A stretch of DNA of 63,949 bases, the filler included, from Blastocystis sp. subtype 4 (Eukaryota), in the NCBI RefSeq assembly GCF_000743755.1. It is 4 parts of 4 records of this genome, joined end to end, with 100 filler letters (N's around TTAATTAATTAA, not from the genome) between each part and the next. Parts side by side here need not be neighbours in the genome. Positions count along the whole stretch, not along the records: positions 48,870 to 63,949 come from NW_014569291.1; 3 more parts are not named here. The stretch is one strand, 5' to 3'. Below the pieces are notes generated by a model that was given only the letters and a program-made list of their open reading frames with translations, had not been told where the DNA came from and searched no databases. Positions 56,605 through 63,949 of the stretch are shown piece after piece; the first letter of the stretch is position 1; every line of letters starts with the position of its first letter. The translations under genes and the position numbers were made by a program.

Positions 56605-59576
56605 ACAATTCCAGTTTTTGCATAGGTATTTCGTCTTCATCTATCTCTTCCACAACTTGTTCAGTTTTCACAACAGGTACTTCTTTCTCTTCTCCAAACA
56701 TTCCTTTTCCAAAGCAATCTGCAACAAAAGCAAAACCATCCTGACAACTCTTCATCTATTCCTTATCCAATATTATCACCTCTACCATCTTCTCAAATGT
56801 GTTATTATCCATTGATCTCTGTACCTGTTCACTTTCACCACAACGCGGACATACACCCTTTTCCATATCAACACATGCCTTATGGAAACTATGACCACAG
56901 AGGAAGTGGACAACAGGCAACTCTAGATTCAACCCACAAGCTACACAACGTGTCTGTTTGAATCGGAATCCATTTTCTTGAATCTGTTGTATCTCCTTTT
57001 CACGAGCTTCAACTATTTCTGCCACTTGATGCTGCTTCAGTTCATCAGCTTCTCGGATACTCTTCTCTCTCTGTAACTGCTTAATCACCAACTCCCTAAT
57101 CACATCCACGGGAATCTTCTCATTATCACAGAGCAACTGAACAATGCGTAACAAGGGAACTTGTCCGCTTCGTTCTACTGCCTCCAGGATCTCACGAACC
57201 TCCTTTTCATCGATTTCTTCGGACTCACCAATCAATTGGAGTAACAGTTCCCAAAGGTCAGCATCCTCCGCTCCATCTTGCTGACACAGTCGCAAAGCCT
57301 CTGCATGTTGACCCATATGATAGTATTGCTGAAGGAGCATTGCTTGCATATGCAACTTCTGGTACAAGTATACGAGTCCTTGTTCACAATCATAACGTTG
57401 TAATAACACTAACGCCTCGTCAATCTCATAAGTAGCATCTGGTCGTTGGAGTAGCTGCAGTACAGCAGAATCTCGATCTTCATTCTCTGCCAATAGATCA
57501 GAACGAAGCATCAACTCCAGTAGCGTATTCCAGATAACAGGATCGGTTTGGCGATGATGTTGGGTGACAGCTAGAAGGAACTGCTTCAGCTGAGCTGCGT
57601 TGTCTATAAAGCAAATAATGAATTGCTGAGGTTCTTGAGCCTCTCCTTCAGTACACAAATGAATGAGGAAAGGAGTAACTAACTCTGGAACAACATCCAC
57701 AAGTTTCTTTCCATAACGAATCAAAGCCTTCGCTGCTTCTTTGGGAGGAAGAGTAGTGATGTAATTCATTGCTTCTTTCAAAGAATTCGTCTTCTCCACT
57801 TGAATACTGACATACCACTCATGGAGATGATGATTTGCAGCTAACTGAAGAGCCTCGTTATAGAATCCTGCTGAAGTCAATGCTTCAATAGCAGTCTTAG
57901 GATCATAATGAGAACTCAGAGAATCTTCTTCAATAAACTGTTGCAGTTTCTTATGATCGTGAAGTTTGGTATAACAATTCATTAGTAACATTGTGTGTTC
58001 TGAACATGCAACACCTCGTAGATGAAGCTGCTCCAAATATCGAATCAACATATGAATTTGTGATGAATCCAGATAACGACGAATTACATAAGAAGCATTT
58101 GTATAAGGGATTGTCAACACATATTCATTCATAGCTGATTCATGGTCAGCTTGTTCATAGAACCAATCACCATATCTAAAGTCAATACTTCTTTCATATC
58201 CTACTGTTGATGGACATCACTAAGTTCTCGTTCTTGTAAACCCCATTCTTCACATAACGATATTGCCATTGGGAACAACTTCCGATCATAGAGAATCTGA
58301 AGTTTACTCGGTGTATCCTTCTCTCTTAACAGATACACAATATGACCTTCACTCATGATAAACAAGAGTCCCCACTCTGTCCAAATACGTGATGCACATT
58401 CACTATTACCATTTCTGGAAGTCATGGTATTCATGCAATCCTACCTCAATACTAACAATTCAAATTCTTCACAACTGTTCTCCACATTCAATACTTTCAC
58501 ATACCACTTCGCATCCTCACCAAGATGACTCACCACCACACAGTCACGATAACTAAACAAACAGCTCTTTTCACCTGCTAGCAAGTAGCTATTTCCGCGG
58601 GTTGTTGGAGAATAATACACCAAACCATCTTGATTAGCTGCAATAAGAGTACCTTTGGAATCGACACTGGAGCAGTGTATGGCACATCCTTTTCCATCCT
58701 CCAGTACTGTGAATCCGATCAGTTTCTTAGTTTCCCGTGGAAGTTGATAACACCCGATACGACTGGTCGAAAGAGCAAACAATGGTACGAATCCTGTTTC
58801 CTGTATATTACATATAATGTCGGTTCTTACAACACTCTCAAAGGAAAAATGGAGGCCTGTGATTGCATTACCAAAATGCTTGGGAAGAAGAGTGAGACTA
58901 AGCTTCTTGGCACGTGAAAGGTCTCCTTGGATAAGAAAGATATCTCCAGATTCACATCCCAAAGCAATTAATTGATTAGACTCATCTACTGCAATGGATG
59001 TGATTGTCTCTTCATCAATCTTCTCAAAGATCTTGAACGAACGGATACACAACGGACTCCCGTCTTCGTTCATCTTATCCAACAGCCATAACTTCAAGGT
59101 TGCATTCTTCATAGGAAAGTAGTCGTCCATAGCTTCTTTAATATGCAAATCATCTAGCATCCATTTATACGTCTCGTTGGAAATCAGACTGTTGCGGAAA
59201 CGTGTTGCAAGATTGCGAGAAATGCTCATAGCTTCTTTTGTTCGATAATCTACTCCATCTCCAATTGTAAGCAACATATTCGATGATTTGTACTACTTAT
59301 AAGAAAAGCCAAGCAAAGTAACTTGATACGCATGATTCACGCCATAATCGTGTGCAATAAATCGCCGAAGCGAAAATTCCTGATCTGATAAAGTGATACC
59401 ACCTTCAGAGTCTCCAAACACTACATACCCCTTTCCCGCAGTAACACAAGAAATATCTAATGACTATAACATTATGTGTACATGAAGCATGAAGATACTT
59501 CGATGGCAAAGAGAGGACTACCGGGATCAGCCGATTGTAGGAGTTCTGCAGTAAAGAAGTTGAATTCCTTCCACAT
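56605..59576 (-). CDS. VPS11: Vacuolar protein sorting 11 (HOPS/CORVET core, C-terminal RING)
   Basis: MWKEFNFF, LKLWLLDK, YVIRRYLDS...YLEQLH...HTMLLMNCYTKL, CVACGLNLELPVVHFLCGHSFHKAC, FVADCFGKG. Confidence 0.92.
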
Positions 59577-59742
59577 TTCACCAGATAATGATTGTTGTAT
59601 CTAGACAAACTGTGAATACGCGCTATGAAAAGATCAGAGTTTGTGTTTTCGTGACTATTTCTGGAATGATGCGGATCTGAGATATCTATCAACAATTTAT
59701 GTGTAGATCAATAAAGAAACTCGTATAAAAGACTATAATGCA

Positions 59743-60649
59743 TTACATGGTTTTATCTGAATTCGATGGCTTCTTCTCACTTGAACTCCATTTTAGAGAT
59801 TTGTTGATGGTGAAGGCATAGGAGAAAAGAGTAGCAACCGTGGTGCAGGAGACAATCGCTTCCAAAGGAAGAAAGAGTTGAACACTGGGAATAGCCCAGA
59901 GAGGTCTGCATAAACCAGAAATAAAGAGGATCATCTGAAGAGTCGTGTTCGTTTTTCCCAGGAGTGATGGCTTCACTTCGAGTGATTTTATCATATTCAT
60001 CATTTCTGTTGGCTCTATTGATAACTCTTAAATCCATTTGATACTGTGATAGCCATGTTTCCAAGCAATTCCGAAGAATCCAAGACCCATTAGAACATCC
60101 TTTCCAATAATGATTCCGGCAACGGGAATGTGAATAAGACCAGAATAACCCATTGCTATGGCCAGACATACCATCAAAGTCTTGTCAGCTATAGGATCCA
60201 GCAAGGTTCCAAGTCGACTTCGTTGATTAAAGTGGCGTGCCACATAACCATCTGCAAAATCAAGAACACTGGCAAAGGCAAAGGCTACAAATGGGCTCAT
60301 ACATCAAACAATACTGCATAGAGAAGGAAGGAATAATCCCTTTATCGTTAAAACACCAATAACAGGGGCAAGAACAAGGCGAATCCCTGACATAATATTG
60401 GGAATCGTACAGATCCGATTTGTTAACTTTCCATCCTTGTTTCTACGAATGATAAAAACGACGAAACAAGACTCTGTTGAAAAGGCACGAAACTGAAGCG
60501 AACAAACAGTGTACTTTGGTGTGGACATTATAAGTCGTCTCTGTGTAATATAAAAATAGTGCAATCCATACTCCCATGAGATTCGCCGATAGGGTGAACC
60601 GATAGACAGAGGAAACGACAGCAGACGTTTTAGATACTCTAGACAACAT
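59743..60649 (-). CDS. CRLS1: CDP-alcohol phosphatidyltransferase, cardiolipin synthase-like, with mitochondrial presequence
   Basis: MLSRVSKTS...RAFS; TIPNIMSGIRL; DFADGYVARHFNQRSRLGTLLDPIADK; KPSLLGKTNTTLQ. Confidence 0.8.
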
Positions 60650-60716
60650 TATCAAATGTCTTTTCAAAACAAGACTTCCTGAGAATAAAGAGTCGTTTTG
60701 ACATTATCCCATTCGG

Positions 60717-61982
60717 ATGATCGAAGAACAAAGGGTCTTGTTATCACAACAAGAAATTCAAAACTCCCCGTCGATCCTAAGTGGGATGAGTGAGGTGGAG
60801 GAGTTTACTTATCGATGTTTTGCTTGTGAATTGGTCCGAGAGGGACAAATACTTCTAGGATTGTAATGTGTACATCAGACGATTGACCTGATAGATCACC
60901 GGTTGTAAGTGCTTCCGGTCAAACGTTATGCCATCGATTCTACTACTTTTATTCGTTCAAACAGTTTCACCCGTTCTTTGGTGAGAATTGCTTGTTTTCT
61001 GTGAGTCTAGTATCAATGACATGTCTATTTATTGGATCCAAGATGGAAGAAGAGCTACGACCTGTTTCTCGAACGATTAAAGTGTTCTATCGCATCTTTC
61101 AGCGACGAACAGGTCAAGAAGTGATAGATTTGGCTGAATCAGATCCAGTAGGTACTGCTCGACGGATTTTAAGTAGATTTTCATTCGGTGGAGAGCCATC
61201 TTATTAGATACAGAGAAGTTAATCTTATCAGCCTTTGGATATCATTTATATGGAGTCATAGACCATCCCCATCGATATATTCTCTTCTTTATCAAGGTAA
61301 CATCATTTGTAGTTTAGGATATAGAAATTGGAGTGTGATGAGATTGTTGCCCAACGGGCTTGGAATATACTTAACGATAGTTTACAATTACCTCTCTGTC
61401 TCCAGTATACTGCCAATGCGATTGCCTGTGCATCCATCTACTTGGCAGCGATGTATGAATAGTGATGCTGTATTGATTTGTTAGGACATTAGGAGTATCG
61501 CTTCCTCAGACAGTAGAATGGTGGGAACTGTTTGATGCATCTCTGGAGGACATTCAAATGATTGTACATTCGATTATTCAATTATACAGTCGAAAGCGGA
61601 TACAGTGGATTCCTGACGTGGAATCACTACCAGAGGGAACAAAATCCACCATTTCAACATTAGAAGAGAGTCGAGTTGTCTCTCCAACAATGGAAGAAAC
61701 AGCTCTGCAATATGTTTCTAACAATGATATTCGTAGCAATTCGTTTGAGCCAAAATGTAATACTCTATAGAACCTTATCATGTTCTAGCCATAGCAGCAA
61801 CAAACAATGTTCCTAGTCTTCCCTTGGAAGATCATCCGAATCGTTCATACTCACACCATAATCATTCGCAGTCGCATTACCGTCGTCATTCTCATTCAAG
61901 AAGAGGGTCTTCTCGATCAAGAAGTCATAGTCGGTCTCATCATCGTTCCTCTCGTCACCATTCGTCGTCACATCGTCACTAA
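60717..61982 (+). CDS. Cyclin L-like (cyclin boxes plus RS/His-rich tail)
   Basis: NSPSILSGM, SGQTLCHRFYY, CLFIGSKMEE, HPHR, AWNILNDS; Arg/Ser-rich C-terminus. Confidence 0.85.
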
Positions 61983-62080
61983 GAATTTCTACACTGTTTA
62001 TTGTTTGTTTTCTAAGATATATCCCATTTCTTCGTCCAAGTGATAAGGTGGTTCTGTCTTACTATTTCTTTTTTTCATTG

Positions 62081-62841
62081 ATGCAGAAGAAGTGCAAACG
62101 GCAAGTCAAACAAGTTTTTCAAGAGGTGGAGTACATCGGTAAGTACATTTCAGAAACAAAGGCATCGTACTCTCCTATCGTTGACTTTTTACTCTAGATG
62201 TCAGTGGGTTCTGGCCTTTCCGGGAGCCCAACAAGAAAAGGTGTCTTTTACTGTCCAGGACTCAACAATCAGTGGAAAAAAGGAGATTTGTAGAGTCTAG
62301 GGGTTGCTCTTAAGAATAGTGAGAAATGGAATCCTCATTTATTCTCATGTTGTATCCAATCATCCTAGAGAAACACTCTACCGTTCTTTCGATTCACTGG
62401 TCTTATTTCTAGATAACGCCGTATACAATATGACTCTTGATTACTACTCCTATTATCTACAACATGTGATCCACATCCAAGTACTCCAGTACTCTATGTT
62501 TCTCCAACTTCACTGTAGAAAGAAGGGAATCTTTTCAAAGGTTCTTCCGCGCGTCTTCCGATTGTTTGTTGATGGAGTGAGTTTTGATATCTTGCCCATG
62601 TTCTTCCAACAGGACCAACAGGATGGATTCTTGTAGTTTATTGTCATATATGTGAGATAGAAGTACTTCGTGCACACCATCAGTATCCTTCTCTTCTTCT
62701 TTATCTGATGAACGGTTTCACTCCAGGTCAAGAAGTCGAGAAACTGTTCCTAGGGATCACCCAAGAATCCGATTAGCAAGATTACCAAGTACCTCCTCTT
62801 CGGAAAGACGGCCTGTCTGGATTATTGGAAGGAACTTCTGA
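62081..62841 (+). CDS. FAIM-like beta-sandwich domain protein (3' end uncertain, at least to 62636)
   Basis: Spliced CQWVLAF...SFTVQDSTISGKKEILRNG and FRLFVDGVSFDILP resemble the FAIM1 pattern. Confidence 0.45.
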
Positions 62842-62898
62842 TAGATAGTTTGTTTTCACTCGTTTCTTTATTGTTTGTTCCAATGATTCCTCATTGAA

Positions 62899-63357
62899 AT
62901 GCTCTCGTTGACTAGATCTCTTGTCTGTGCTACCCATCTCCCGCTGAAGTCTATCGTGTCTACACGGTTTCGTTGTTTCTCTGATGAAACAGAGGAGAAA
63001 AGGGTTGTTGTCATTATGGATGATTACTAGTAGAATCGTATGAAAATGCAAGAATTAATGATTGAAAAGCTTAAGAAGGAGGCTGGAGCGACAGTTGTCG
63101 AGATTAAGGATATTTCTTATGACGCTGGATATTTGTATTGTTTGTAGTATGGAAATTACACTCAGATTAGAGATGCTTGTTGTTTCTCCCAAGTTTCGTG
63201 GGATGAAACTGTTGCAGCAGCACCGTCTTATGAACAAGGTTTAGTATATGTAGTACGTATTATGGAATAGGTTCTATCGAATGAGTTATCAATTCTACAT
63301 GGTATCACATTCAAATGTATGACTCCTGAACAATATGAGGCTATGGAGAAGAAATAA
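62899..63357 (+). CDS. BolA-family protein with mitochondrial presequence
   Basis: MLSLTRSL...RFRCFS presequence; MLVVSPKFRGMKLLQQHRLMNKVLSNELSILHGITFKCMTPEQY; three ~30-nt introns. Confidence 0.88.
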
Positions 63358-63701
63358 GAATCATTTTAGCTCTCCTGTTTGTTGATTATTCGAGTTGTTC
63401 GTATCAGTGCGCCTATTGATCTTTCTAGGGGAATGAAGGTGTTTTCAATCTTTGCTCTACCCCAATTCTCATTCTGGAAGGAATTATTGAATATGATCAC
63501 TTTTCATAATAATAAAGAAATCACCGAACACATATGAACGTTCAGTGATCCGTATGAATACCAAGATTACTAACATCACCCCTTCTTTATCCAGAGTTTT
63601 GTGTGACTAAGCTAGAGGTAGGTTAATGATTCCATGTTCTTGAATTCTCTATTATAGGGTGTTGGATCACTCTAGAGTTCAAATTAACACTGGATGTAGA
63701 A

Positions 63702-63949
63702 ATGTTCGAAAAGGAAGTTGTCATTGATTGTCGTGGCCACATTATGGGTCGTTTGGCCTCCATTGTTGCCAAGGAGCTGCTTTGCGGCCAGAAGGTGGTG
63801 TGTGTGCGTTGTGAGGAGCTGAACATCACTGGAAACAGTAGAGTGTGTCAATGAGGTGTTGAATGTGTAGTGATGCGTAACTCTGTCCGTCGTGAGGCTT
63901 TCATGCGTAAGACGATGAACACCAACCCTGCTCGTGGTCATCGTCATCA
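63702..63949 (+). CDS. RPL13A: 60S ribosomal protein uL13/L13a, 5' part (runs off the window)
   Basis: [44 protein letters not shown]...MNTNPARG. Absent from the ORF track. Confidence 0.95.

Noticed and set aside
19756..59576. Functional cluster of endosomal genes (VPS16, VHS, FYVE, ArfGAP, VPS11)
   Set aside because: Spread over three contigs joined by artificial linkers and interspersed with unrelated genes.
1..63949. CRISPR arrays, transposons, tRNA/rRNA genes, prokaryotic operons or defence systems
   Set aside because: No repeat-spacer arrays, transposase/RT motifs, terminal repeats or cloverleafs were seen; the window is intron-rich eukaryotic housekeeping DNA.

Overview
AT-rich, very gene-dense eukaryotic nuclear DNA, almost certainly Blastocystis (stramenopile). 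The evidence is ~30-nt GT-AG introns, a TGTTTGTT-type motif at gene ends and stop codons completed by polyadenylation; the subtype cannot be determined. The window is four contigs joined by three artificial 100-nt N/TTAATTAATTAA linkers. About 42 intron-rich protein genes were reconstructed by eye, including five ribosomal protein genes, MDH, XPO1, PRIM2, APC2, VPS11, VPS16, ABCA, PGS1, cardiolipin synthase, PDI and cyclin L. Most entries in the ORF track are single exons or antisense shadows. Highlights that the ORF track misses: (1) an apparently non-coding spliced host gene (~24213-24590, minus strand) with an intronic box C/D snoRNA and a second, unidentified structured intronic RNA; (2) two 40-42-nt AT-AC minor-spliceosome introns; (3) at least six genes that probably get their stop codon from the poly(A) tail; (4) a 79-aa CaaX-anchored PP1-docking microprotein; (5) a CENP-N homologue; (6) recurrent CCGYGG promoter motifs; (7) unusually long first introns in ribosomal protein genes; (8) an apparent frameshift in RPS23. 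No database search or RNA folding was run. Family calls rest on recognised motifs, and exon boundaries are manual inferences.
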